64,000 bases of DNA from Macrostomum lignano (GCA_002269645.1 NIVC01000620.1:444979-508978); one strand, 5' to 3'; counted from the stretch's first letter, positions 18,189 through 30,933 are shown. A program made the numbers and translations. The notes: generated by a model from the letters alone, not told the origin.

Positions 18189-18867
18189 AGACTAACTGAA
18201 ACCTGCAATCGTTCCCTGGGAGTGTTAATTTAGCAAGCATTTACTGGTATACTAGCTGCTATTCAAAATATTCGCATTGCATCATGTGAAGTATTTCACC
18301 CATGGAGAAATAAATATATCTCGATTCCCAGCAGTTTGAAATGAGTTGAGAAGAAAGTTGCAAAATATTGACGTTTTTAAGCTCTTTGAGACAGAAATTC
18401 ACGAAGCTTTTAATTTTTTTTCACGGTTGCACCTACCTAGATTCTCTATACATTACCTGTATGGCATACATCAGTGAGTTTCTTGTAAAAGCCCGCAAAC
18501 ATCAGCAGCATCCCCCATATACTTTTGGCAGTAAAAATTTGCTTGACTTCAAAGTTTCGATCGATTCAGCCTAAACTGAGCGACAAAATTCAGTCGATAT
18601 TGGTGTGTGGACTCAGCAATGAAACTGTATTCCTTGCGTAGAAAACTTTTAGGATCTTTTTCTAACTTCCTTTTCGACATCCTTTTGTATGCCAATCGAA
18701 GGAAGCTGTGACTACGGTGCAACACCTAGTAAATAGTGAGAATATGGATAAACAGACGCATTGCGACAGATTTGGGCGAGTTTGAAAGGGAAGGCATATC
18801 AAAATACTAGCTGTATGCAGAGTTTCTTCTCAAGCTGGTATTCAGTTTAATCGTCCCAGAGTTAGGC

Positions 18868-19576
18868 ATGCTTCGCCATCTCTTTTTCTTGCTTTTTTGT
18901 CAATGCTTAGCCGCTAAGAAGCTCACTGGTTTCGACTACATCGGCTGTTTCAAAGACAAAGACAACCGCGACATGCCAGGACTCGAAGGCATGCCTCCAA
19001 TTGAGGGCCACAGCGTTGTCGGTACCTCAATTAGTAATGCCACCCAGAACTCGCACGAATTCTGCAGCCATATTTGCTCTCTGTTCAACTTTCGCTACTT
19101 TGCTGTACAGTTTGGCAAGCAGTGCTTCTGCGACAACTCCTATGGAGGAATGGGAGCAGGTCTGGAGAGCGAATGTAGCTTTGGTTGTCCTGGCAATTCG
19201 AACCAGAAATGCGGAGGATTTGATCGAAACTCTGTTTTCAAGCTGAACTATGCTAGTGAGTAAAGCATTTCTGCATTGATACACTTTTGATACACTTTCT
19301 AAAGATCCTAACCATTGCATTACAGACGTGGACGAATATTTTCAAGGGCAGATTAATCGCAACTCGACTCTGAGCTACGTTACGAGCCCTGACGCACCTG
19401 CCGATCGTACTTTTATCGCTCGAAGTTTGCTGCAGTGCGCCTCGAAATGCTCTTCGACTGCTGGTTGCCAAGCGGTAATTTTCACCAAGCAAAGAAAGCT
19501 GTGCCGCCTGCTTGGAGCTGCGGAAGGTCTGCCTACATTGGTTGGAACCGACGAACTGGTGTTTATTCGTGGCTGA
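18868..19576 (+). CDS. Secreted WSC-domain plus PAN/Apple-like protein, copy 2 (about 212 aa)
   Basis: Exons 18868-19255 and 19326-19576; signal peptide; YIGCFKD...CSHIC...YFAVQFGKQCFCDN...CPGNSNQKCGGFDRNSVF; LLQCASKC...CQAVIF...C; same intron position as copy 1. Confidence 0.85.
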
Positions 19577-20181
19577 ATGGATCGAAAAGTGGTCAAGAAC
19601 TTTGATGTCAACGAAAAAATTTAGAACCAAAAAAAAAAAATAAAACATTTTCGATCTGCTAAAGGACTCAAGGATTAGCTTGCATTCGCAATTGACACCA
19701 GACTTAACCTGCTCTTTGTCATTTTATTAAGCTGTTATAATCAATTACAATACCGTAGTTACCGTAATTCTCCAGGTAAGTGTTAGCACACCAATAACCT
19801 TTCTTAACTAGTAGTTGTTCAAAGGTCGTGTCAGCACCCATACATTTTTATTTGCTGAGAACGAAGCTGATATGAGAAAGTGTTTTCATAGGTGCAGAGA
19901 GATAGAGAAGCGCAGTGGACACCATACGCTGTGAGAATATTTATCTAATTTAATTTCCTATTTCACAGTTTGATATGCCTTGGCCAGCAATGGTGAGCAC
20001 CCTCTTGACAGCTTTAATAACCCGAGCTTTCACTTTTTCGATTCAATATTTTTAGAGGTGAAAAATGACCATATAAATATGGCCTTTTAATAAAAGGCTC
20101 AAATTTTGTTATTATGTCACTAAAATGCCTTTTAATGCATATAAATATGGCCTTTTAATGCAAGGCTCAAATTTTGTTATT

Positions 20182-21304
20182 ATGTCACTAAAATGTCAAA
20201 AATTTACTCGGCGAGACAGAACTTTTACCACTTTACTTTTGGCTGCATGGCTGTTCGGCATGGCCCTGTATGGGCTGGCCTACAAAACGGCGACTGCAGG
20301 TGAGTCAAAACTTGTCCTTTTTCAAGGAGATCTCAACTTGAGCACCAGCACGAAGTAAAGCTCAGATTTTGTGCTGCTAGTGGACTTAGGAGTTTGAAGT
20401 TTAAAGCAACCAATAATTTTCGATATGTGCAGATTTCTGGATGTTTGACAGAGATTTTGTTAGAACTTTAGAATCCATTCTAGAGTTTTAAGTTGGTATA
20501 AAATCCCCATTTTGAGCCTAGGAATGCAGGAGCCTTGATTTTCGGCTTTTTCGGGTCAAATTAGTCCGACAAGTTGTCGATTGAACATCTGTTGCAATTC
20601 TAAATAAAATATTCGATTATCTCTTGTTGATTAATATTTGAAAATATCGGTCTCGTGTTGCAATGAAGGCGGAATTCTACATGTAAATGTCAGCTATACA
20701 TTCAGAGGCAGAATGTGCTTTTTATGTTAAAAAAATCCAGCTCATAGGTGTTAAATGCTTCCTTCGCCTTTGCAAGCAATTCTTATCTAAACCGAGTCAT
20801 TTTTATAAGTTCAGAATGTAAACAGCATTAAATAGCTCTGCCTTTAATAGCAGCTGATGCCTCAAGGTACGGTAGAATGCTAGATTACAGGTGTAAATGT
20901 ACATTACTGTCTACAGCACAAGAGAAGAAAGAATCAATTAAACTGGATTGACAGTAGTCTAGGTGATGTCGGTAACTTGAAAAGGTTTTCCACCAACCAT
21001 GACTACCATTTGATCTTCCACCAGGTTTAACGTCCCAAGGTGACAATCCGTCCGACTTTAACTTTGGAACCAGTGTCGATGAAAGCAGTTCGCACCTGCG
21101 ACACCTACTGTTTGTTCATGTTCACAGCAATTGTACGCCTCGATCAGTGGAGACTTACCCACCTGACCTGTTCACTCTGGAGCAGAAACAGCACGGAGCA
21201 ATTATTATTCATATTGCAGTTGCCGTGTGGCTGTTTGCCGCTTTGGCTGTGATCTGCAATGACTACTTTCTGGCTTCAATGGAGGTGCTTTGCGATGGTA
21301 AGTG

Positions 21305-21348
<44 letters not shown>

Positions 21349-21385
21349 GCTACTACTACTACTACTGCTACTACTACTACTACTG

Positions 21386-21447
<62 letters not shown>

Positions 21448-21490
21448 GCTACTACTACTACTACTACTGCTACTACTACTACTACTACTG

Positions 21491-21568
<78 letters not shown>

Positions 21569-21569
21569 T

Positions 21570-21619
<50 letters not shown>

Positions 21620-21630
21620 TTACTACAACA

Positions 21631-21703
<73 letters not shown>

Positions 21704-21706
21704 TTG

Positions 21707-21747
<41 letters not shown>

Positions 21748-21750
21748 GCG

Positions 21751-21814
<64 letters not shown>

Positions 21815-21815
21815 T

Positions 21816-21881
<66 letters not shown>

Positions 21882-21908
21882 CACTACTACTACTACTACT
21901 ACTACTAT

Positions 21909-21995
<87 letters not shown>

Positions 21996-24900
21996 CACTA
22001 CTTATGTACTTTGTAACACTTTCAGTTCTGCACCTGAAGCCGGACGTCGCAGGCGCCACCTTCATGGCCGGCAGCAGCTCAGCTCCGGAGCTGCTCACCT
22101 CAATAATCGGCGTGTTCTTCGCCGAGAGCGACGTCGGTGTGAGCACGATCGTTGGCAGCGCCGTGTTCAACATCCTCATGATTGTGAGCATGTGCGGCCT
22201 GTTGTCCTCCAGGCTGGTCTGCCTGTCCTGGTGGCCGCTATTCAGAGACTGCAGCTTCTACTGCGTCAGCGTTGTCGCGTTGGTCGCGGTCATCTACGAC
22301 GGTTTGGTGACTTGGTGAGCGGTTGTCACTCTGTTAAGCCATTGTATTAGCTGAGAATGTAGAACCAGGTAAGCGAGGTCTCAAGGTATAAGAATTTTTT
22401 ATTCCTTATAAGTCGCAGCAACTAAAATCGTTAAAAATAATAACGAATCACCTCTAAAAGGCACAGGGTAGAGTGTTCAGGTTGAAAAGCTACGTGACCA
22501 ATTAGATAGAATCAAGGACAACTTAAGTAGAAGGACGCAACACTCAAAATATACGAGTATATGGTAAATGTTTTGAAGGCAACTTTTCGCCGAAAAATAC
22601 ACTACAGAGATAGGAGATTTTTTAATTTTTTCAGCACAAAAGTTGTTATTGCTTTTGATAAGAGAAAGACTCAGTGCTCATCTTTTGATATGTTGTGCCT
22701 TCCTTATTGCTCTATTGAAATTCATAAAGCTTCTTGTTCAGAAAATTAGGATTTCGAGTTTAGCGTCCTATATATATGTTACTTAAGTAGTCCTTTGGAT
22801 AGAATACGATAGAAAACTCAAGGATGAAGGCGCAACCCAGGGGGGCCGTAGCCCAGCGGTAGCGCAGCTGCTCTGGTGTGCCAGCGACCCAGGCTCGATT
22901 CCAAGTGCAGTCACATTAATTTTGGGCTGAATTGGAATCTCGGCTTGGCTCTGCTCGTGCAATTAACGGCCTTGAGAGCCAACCCCTCAAGGCGCAGTGA
23001 TGTGTACATGCCCTGTACACTTGAAATAAAGTTAGGGCCGCTGTACACTCCTGTGTGAGTGTGTGCCTGCGTACGTATCCGCGCGCTTGTGTGCCTGCTC
23101 AGGGGAGTCGGCGGAATGGGCAGTAATGCCTCTCGCCGGTTGTGTGCCCATGTCGCTTAAAGTGCGCCAGGGTACCCCCCTGCCTCTAATAATAAAAAAG
23201 GCGCAACCCAACTTACACGCAGACTTTACACTACTAAGTCAGTAGTATCATTCATATAAGTCTACAGACTACACTTTGTGTTACTGTAGTTTTCAGTAGT
23301 TTTCAGTTCCTTTGTAATTGTCTAAGAAACCAAGTTTCCCATCCTTCCACTTCAATTTAATGTCAATTTAATTCTATTGTAAACTTCAGGTTCGAGTCCG
23401 TAATCCTGGTAGGCATGTACATCATGTACATAGTGTTGATGTTCTTCAATGATCGCCTGGACAGCGCAATATCAAGCCGGTATCCCAGCCTGGGCACCGG
23501 GGCAGCCTACAAGCTCTATGGAAAAACTGACGCCATCGACAATGAGAGGGAGGTGTTGCTCAGCCAGTCTGGCGAATCGCCGAGAGGATATGCCAGCATT
23601 GACTTGCCTCTGGTTTCAGTCACTGGTAAATGCAAACATTTTTATGTGACCAGATATAGAGCATTAGCTAATGTCTGCGGGCCAGGTGAGGAGAGGAGAG
23701 AGGATAGGAGATGAGATATGAGATGAGAGTAGAGGTAAAAGAGAGAGAATATATGAAGAAGAGGAGAGAGAAGGGGGGAAAGGGAGAAAAATAGAAAAGG
23801 GAGAGGATCGAGAGAAGGGGGAGAGAGGATCGAGAGAAGGGGGAGAGAGGATCGAGAGAAGGGGGAGAGAGGATCGAGAGAAGGGGGAGAGAGGATCGAG
23901 AGAAGGGGAGAAAGGATCGAGAGAAGAGGGTTGAGAGAGGATCGAGAGAAGAGGGTTGAGAGAGGATCGAGAGAAGAGGGGGGAGAGAGGATCGAGAGAA
24001 GAGGGGGATAGAGGATCGAGAGTAGAGGGGCAGAGAGGATTGAGAGAAGAGGGGAGAGAGAGGATCGAGAGAAGAGGGGGAGAGAGGATCGAGAGAAGAG
24101 GGGGAGAGAGGATCAAGAGAAGAGGGGGAGAGAGGATCGAGAGAAGAGGGGGAGAGAGGATCGAGAGAAGAGGGGGAGAGAGGATCGAGAGAAGAGGGGG
24201 AGAGAAGATCGAGAGAAGAGGGGGGATCGAGACAAGAGGGGGAGAGAGGATCAAGAGAAGAGGGGAGAGAGGATCGAGAGAAGAGGGGAGAGAGGATCAA
24301 GAGAAGAGGGGGAGAGAGGATCGAGAGAAGAGGGGGAGAGAGGATCGAGAGAAGAGGGGGAGAGAGGATCGAGAGAAGAGTGGGAGAGAGGATCAAGAGA
24401 AGAGGGGGAGAGAGGATCGAGAGAAGAGGGGGAGAGAGGATCGAGAGAAGAGGGGGGAGAGAGGATCGAGAGAAGAGGGGGAGAGAGGATCGAGAGAAGA
24501 GTGGGAGAGAGGATCGAGAGAAGAGGGGGGAGAGAGGATCGAGAGAAGAGGGGGAGAGAGGATCGAGAGAAGAGGGGGAGAGAGGATCGAGAGAAAAGGG
24601 GGAGAGAGGATCGAGAGAAGAGGGGGAGAGAGGATCGAGAGAAGAGCTGGGAGAAAATAGGTAATAAAATTGAGAAGAGATCCTGGATTGCTATTGCGAA
24701 TTTGAAGTTAATAACTACGGGGGTATTTTTGATAAAAGTCCCTCATTCAGAGACGGAAACTTTCTTTCTTTACATTCGTCAAAGCCCCAGAAGACCAGGG
24801 TCCAGAGTCGCCATTTCTGATGCCTCAGGGCTTTCTCCGCCGAACCAGCTGGATCTGCATGCTGCCGTGGACCTGCGCATTCTTTGTCAGCATTCCCGAC

Positions 24901-26102
24901 TGTCGAAGACCGGGCATTTGGAGGCGCCTGTTCCCGCTGACTCTGGTCTCTAGCGTGGCCTGGATATCCGGGATAAGCTATCTCATGGTGTGGATGGTCT
25001 GCGCTGCGGGCGACGCACTGGGCATCCCGGACACAGTGATGGGGCTCACTCTGCTGGCCGCCGGCACCTCTGTGCCTGACTGCATGGCCGCTGTCTTTGT
25101 CTCTAAAGGAGGTGTGCAAAAACTTTTGATTGGAGAGTGGGGCTACTACGAGTATTACGAATAGCTATAGACACAAACACACACACACAAGCACACACAC
25201 TGTCCCTTGAAGGCTGGGACTCTGAGCAGATATTATTTAACTTCAAACTTAAACCAATTTGCGTGCAAAAAGCCCTATAGGATACTGCATCTGCAACTGG
25301 GAGGTATCTACAAAACCCATTAAACAATGAGACAGTTTGTGACTAGACATGCCAATGCTTTGACCCCCCGCGCCCCAGATTGTGACTCGTTGTGGAAATC
25401 AATATTTATGCTTCAGGGCGCCAAAATATAGCGCTATCGGCACCAAAATGAATCTCAAAATAAATGCTTGCCTGCGGCGCCAAAATGAGTGCCTGTCATT
25501 TCGTGCCTGTCTGTGGCGCCAAAGTGAGTGCCTGCGGCGCCAAAATGAGTGCCTGCGGCACTAAAAGAATGCCAAATGCTTTGATTCCCAAAACGTTGTA
25601 GAGTTTTTTATTTTGTCCCCCCATATAAAAAATCCATGCCGACATCCCGGTTGGCCAGAATGCAGAGGTGTAGCAAAGGAATTCCAGGGCTTTTCGAGGA
25701 AGTTCAGTCGCCCAACGAACAACGATGCAAATCAATAAATATTGAAACTTCTCGTTCAACTTTGCAGGACTGGGCGATATGGCGGTATGCAACAGCATTG
25801 GCAGCAATGTGTTCAACATCCTCATCTGCTTAGGCCTGCCCTGGTTAATCAGCACCGTCATTATCGAGCCTGGAAGCTCAGTTATCATCAATTCGTCTGG
25901 TCTAACGTATTCTTCCATCACCCTGTTCTCCACAATAGTATTCCTGTTCATCATTGTCTATTATAACAAAATGCAATTGAACTTTCGTCTGGGACTTACC
26001 TGCCTCATTGTTTACCTAGTAGTGACGACATTGTCGTGCTTGTACGAGACTAACGTGTTTGGACCATTGAATCCGCCGCCGTGTCCCAGGACGCGGATGT
26101 GA
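20182..26102 (+). CDS. SLC24A: SLC24/NCKX-family exchanger, paralogue 2 (about 525 aa, 6 exons)
   Basis: Exons 20182-20299 (start ATG uncertain), 21025-21297, 22026-22314, 23390-23625, 24785-25111, 25768-26102; total 1578 nt in frame. alpha-1 GATFMAGSSSAPE...GSAVFN; alpha-2 AAGTSVPD...GLGDMAVCNSIGSNVFNI...LGLPW. Exon 3 (289 nt) and the last exon (335 nt) match paralogue 1 in length. Confidence 0.92.
21305..22000. repeat. (CTA)n trinucleotide microsatellite in NCKX-2 intron 2
   Basis: Lies between donor gtaagt (21298) and acceptor ttcag (22025); the poly-Y/T/L/S/V ORFs are artefacts. Confidence 0.95.
22840..23197 (+). mobile_element. Full-length tRNA-derived SINE (about 358 bp) with a 13-bp target-site duplication
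   Basis: Head GGGGGGCCGTAGCCCAGCGGTAG (A-box-like) and GGCTCGATTCC (B-box-like); tail ctaataataaaa; TSD aaggcgcaaccca at 22827-22839 and 23198-23210; two more copies in the window. Confidence 0.88.
23690..24650. repeat. Polypurine 22-to-24-bp minisatellite (gatcgagagaagagggggagagag) in NCKX-2 intron 4
   Basis: Period 22 near 23830 and 24 near 24135; almost entirely purine. Confidence 0.92.
25417..25562. repeat. Short degenerate repeat of about 20 bp (gcggcgccaaaatgagtgcct) in NCKX-2 intron 5
   Basis: About 5 imperfect units. Confidence 0.6.
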
Positions 26103-27479
26103 AATATTCAACTTCCATAGCTTTTTCAAGTATAGTCTCAATGTTTTTCCTAATTGCTTGGGGAGTAAGATTTTGAATATTTGGAAGAGCTTAACAGTTC
26201 GTTATGAAATACATTATTAATTTTCATAATATCTATTTTTTATATTCCATTGAAGTACCTTGATGAGTCATTTAATTCAACTACAAATTTAATTTAAAAT
26301 GTTCTTTTTGTCCTTTCAAAAGACGCAACATTCATTCACTTCAGATAAAAGTGCTTATTTACCCATATAGTGCGGCACACTGCCTGATTTGCCTCACTAC
26401 TTCAAAAGTCCATATTTACTATTCAAAAAGCCGCCAATATTGCCCCATTCAGTGCAACTTCCGGCTCTGGAGACTTTAGAAATTTTTCTAAGGAATGGCT
26501 AAGGTGGTTAGATGGCATGGACTACCACTCTGCAAAGGGCTTCTATTTTATACGCTTTTATTCATAAAATCTTAGAACTTTTATAGAGTTGTCAACTGAG
26601 CAATTTTTAGGTCTCTTGCGTCAAACAATATAGATGGACTGTCCTTCTGAATTTTCTGTAGACCCCAACTCGTCCCTAAATCTTCACTCTCTCTCGGCAT
26701 GCTCTCCAGTCCTGAGCTTGACACATCTCTTCTCAAAGCTTGTAAATAAGCAAACTTCGAGCACGCATGAGTCCTTAGACGCTCACTTTTCTGCCAGAGT
26801 AATCAGACAGCTGTACTTGGCCTTTTTCATTTTCTTACTAAAACTTGGGGTCTCCTTATGATCTCTCTCTCCCTTTCTGTGCTCTCATTTGGAGCAGAAA
26901 AGAAGTGACTGACTACAGGCTTGCTGCTCGGGCAGGAAATAGCAGCAAGGAGAGGGAGGGAGGGAGAGAGCGTGTGTGCCAGATTGTGTGCACCGCTCGT
27001 TGCCATAGCAACAGCGGAGAGGTGCGCGCATGCAGGCTCTCAGCACAGCAGCAAGCAGTTTTAGATATGATTAAAGACTTTCGTGTCTCTTCTGGTCTGT
27101 GAGCGAGACCGCACTGAAATTCAATTGGCACTACTGGGTCTTCACACTGTATAGCCCAGTGTTCCATGCTCATTCTCTCACTGGCTGCTCACTGGCACAC
27201 ATCAACCCCACCCAGCTGGGGGCCCCGATTCCATTTGCTCTTTTTTTGCCTCAGCTATTCGTTTTGTGCAAGCAGAGCATGAGCACAAAGCATTAGAACT
27301 CTCTGTTGATTCTGGAGAGAGTTTTCTTCACAAAGAAAAGACGCCCCTAAGTGAATATATATATGATGCGCTGCTTGTAAAAATAGCCATCAAAACTGGA
27401 GAGAGAGAGCATCGACTGCACTAAAACAGACAACGGCCGAAACTGAAAGAAACTTCCGATAGCAGCTGAAAAGTTTGAA

Positions 27480-29338
27480 ATGAAGCGGAACATTGAACGG
27501 ACGGCGACTCCGCCAGACAGACAAGCGACATACGAAGCCGACCGGGTCGCTGAAGATGACAGCACTCAGCAGCAGCAGGAGCAGCAAGCAAAGAATCCAG
27601 GAGCTGTACAAAGACCGCGAACCGCCCTTGAGGTTGCTCGGTCCAGCGGCATGTTCAAGGACTACTTAGCTGGATTAGACAACCTCCGCTCGATAGTAAA
27701 CGATTGCGAGAACCGTCTCGCCCAGGCTTTGAACGAGTTCTACGGCACAACGGAAAAAGACGAGCAGATGTTCAACGCATTTAACATCGAGGTCAACAAA
27801 GCGTTCGAAGCGTGCAACTCCTGCCTGGACAAGGCCGGCCATCAGGCTATCATTGTTGATGGCCAAGCCCCGATTGCTACGCTGGTGAACAAGCTGAAGG
27901 AATACCGATTGGCCGCTAATCCGGAGGACACTCAACTGCTGCTACAGTTTTGGGAGTCGTTCAAGCTGGCTCTGGAGCAGCTGCAGACCATCGCGGATGA
28001 CTACGAGCGTCGAGTGCTGTCAAAACTGCGCACAGGGTGCCTGATTGCCTCGAGCGGCGCAATGGCGACCGCCAAATCGCCGCTGTCGAAGGCCTACGAA
28101 GCCGAGGCCGCCGCCTACTCCAAGGAGCTGGAGACCGTCCGCACGAGAGTCCGACTGCTCTGCCACAGCGCCGGCACCCACATGCGAATGGAGCTGCTAG
28201 GCAAAGCCTCTCACACCGAGAGAGTCCTCATCAACTGTAACGACGACTTCTATCCGATCCTGTGCGTAGTGCCTGACCTGACGGTCAAGCTGGAGTCCAT
28301 GGCCCGCATCGCCTACCAGTGGCTGGACAAAGACGAGACCTACTTGTTTGAGGTGTCCCGCCAACTGCGCGATAAACGAAGCGAAACACGCGAGATGGAA
28401 CAGCAACTCAGAGCTGAGCGCGAGAAACACCGACTGCTACTGAAGTCAGTGAAGTCAGCTTACCTGATGTGTCAAAACAGCAAGAAGAGACTTCGAGAAA
28501 TCACGCAAGAGCTGAAAAACCTCGAGGAGCATATTGAGCACTCGGCTCGGGAACGGCGGGCCAAGATGGACGAGAAAAAGCAGAAGAAGGAGATGGCCGA
28601 CTTTTTAGACTTGAGCATCACTCAGACTAAAATGAATTACGCGCTCCAGGTGAGTTCTTTCGTTGATTAGACAGATGCTTTGATCGTGCTAACGAAGTGA
28701 AGTCAAATGCGGGTAAAAACAGACCACAATTACTTTTAACTTTTTTGGGTAGCGTATTGGCTGGCTATCCAGATCCCTATGCCACACGAGCTGGTAATCA
28801 AAGTGATGTACTCTAATACTCTGTATGCACATACTCCATCAGACAAAGTGTTATTTCTTACTGATGATATTTTTCGTAATTTTCATTGATAAACAAGTTT
28901 GTTGCACTCGTAATGGGCTAAAACATCCCATTTCCCATCTACCAGCTCAAACGCCAGCGTCTGATGGCCCAGATTCAGGAACTGGAGGAGTTCCTGCGCA
29001 AAGTTGAGCAGGAAATCAGCTCGCTCAAGACCCAGATTCAAACAAAGACTAATGAGAGAAAGTCTGCCGAAGACCTGTACCAAGCGCAGGACAGCAACTT
29101 CGCGAATATGAAGACCGACTTAGAAGGCTACACTAAAAAAGTACAAGAGATGAGCAACGAACTCCGCGGCGTCCGCCAGCATCTCAGTCATCTGGAGAGC
29201 ATCCAGAGCCTCAAAACCAGTCCGGAGACTGTGGACACTTTCTACGAAAGGCCTCGCAGCGTGAAGCTGGCGCCGTCGCTCATGGAGTCGATCAACATGA
29301 AAAAACGACGTCTCCTGAAGCAGTCAGTTAAAAGTTGA
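27480..29338 (+). CDS. Uncharacterised helical/coiled-coil protein (about 520 aa, 2 exons)
   Basis: Exons 27480-28649 (donor gtgagt) and 28946-29338, phase 0; E/K/Q/L-rich heptad-like C-terminal half; no family recognised. Confidence 0.75.
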
Positions 29339-30516
29339 CTGAATTTCAGGGAAGTGTGCATTGCGTTTTCCGAAAAAATCTGCGTTGTGTAAAATTTCGT
29401 AGAATTCTAAATTTGATAAAAGAACAATTTTAATTGTCATGAAACTGATATGAAAATCAGGTAGCCGAACTTCAGATGCTTTGCTCACGGCATTTACGCT
29501 CGTTAGATGCTTCTCGCTTTTGTAACGATAATATTTATATCAGATTAATTTGTTATTGTCCCAAAAATAGCTATCGAGTTCTATTTTGCAGACAGGAATT
29601 TCGATACTCTGTAGTTAAAATAACAAATACTCCTAGTTCTAAACAGTTTTGGCAGCTCGCCAAAATTAAAACTCTCCGATTTCTAAACCAGCGAGCAATC
29701 ATCCAAGACTCTCAACTTACTTTTTTGTACAGCAAACAAAGTCAAACTTGTTTTTGTTGTAATGAAACTCCTGCCGGTTTGTCGATAATTATCTTTTGTT
29801 AGAAATTGCTTTGCTTATATTATTTGAGTCGATTTTGACTGCGTCAAAACAAAATATTAGCGTCAAACAATTAATCTTTTTTTCCTTAGAGTAACTTTTA
29901 TCTGTTTGCATATAAAATTTTTAGTGAATAAAACAAGAAATTTGATATTGTGATATTATTATTCACATTTGAATATTATATTAAATTTACTCAGTTGTAT
30001 GACGTAGCGAGTTCGAGATGTAGTTAGCGATTAATTAAGCATTAGTTATTTATTTATTAGTTAGCTAGTTCAATTATTAGTAGTGTTGACACGCAGGGTA
30101 CGAGACAAAACGCCGAGTTGAGGAGAGTACAATAACGAGCGCGAGGCAACAATTTAAATTGGCGGGGAAATCCGATTCATTTAAACCTAAGATGTCTATA
30201 AAAAAGTAATAATAACTTGGACTTAAATAAATAAAACTTGGAGCACATTTTTTTCTAAATAAATTACATTAAATTAATAGCTGGGGAACCTGCAAATTAA
30301 TCAACTACAATAATTTTAAGTAATAAAAACTCAGTTAGAAACTAAAAATTTAAGATGCTAACGACGTCGTCACAGTTTCTTCGTCGAGATTGAAAATTAT
30401 ATCTTAGGATTTTCAAATTTGAAACAATAATTTCGCTTCTCCGAAATTATAAAGTAACAGTTTTCGCAACAATTATTAAAATCGATGTTAGAAAATTGTT
30501 GATAAAGGCTCGTTCA

Positions 30517-30668
30517 CACCCAGGAGCGTATAGCCTGGCAGGGAGGGCAAGGGCCTTCCCCTAATAGAGTGGCACAGCAGGTTCGCCGTCTCTGTGTCCA
30601 TTGGTAGTAATAGATCCCCAAAAACTTATTTGGCGCTGGGCACCCCTTGTTGCTAGCGCTCCTGGGTG
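30517..30668. mobile_element. Possible small MITE-like GC-rich insert
   Basis: Perfect 12-bp inverted repeat cacccaggagcg (30517-30528) / cgctcctgggtg (30657-30668) in AT-rich DNA; no TSD identified. Confidence 0.3.
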
Positions 30669-30933
30669 CTAAAGCCCGTCGCTGGCCCCAAGGCGCCTCC
30701 CCATCAAAAAGCCTGGCTCCTCTCATGGGTACACTGCGATCATGAGGCTTCGTTACATTGTGCGTATCTTCGTTGCACTCTTTTTATAACCATATCTCGT
30801 TAATTAGGCAACCTCACTCAGACTTTATTTTAATTGCCTAGTCATTTTAAGTGAAAACAACATTGATTTCTTGTAATTGTTATTAGGCTCACATGCTGAA
30901 TAGTTAAAGGTAAATGAAGCATAATTTCTTGAA

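Noticed and set aside
21147-22350. Poly-Tyr, Thr, Leu, Ser and Val ORFs
   Set aside because: (CTA)n array inside NCKX-2 intron 2; the real exons splice around it
22840-22915. tRNA gene
   Set aside because: The tRNA-like head continues into a repeated body with tail and TSD, so it is a SINE; no complete cloverleaf
23664-24953. Pro/Ser/Leu- and Arg/Glu/Gly-rich ORFs
   Set aside because: Translations of the intronic polypurine minisatellite
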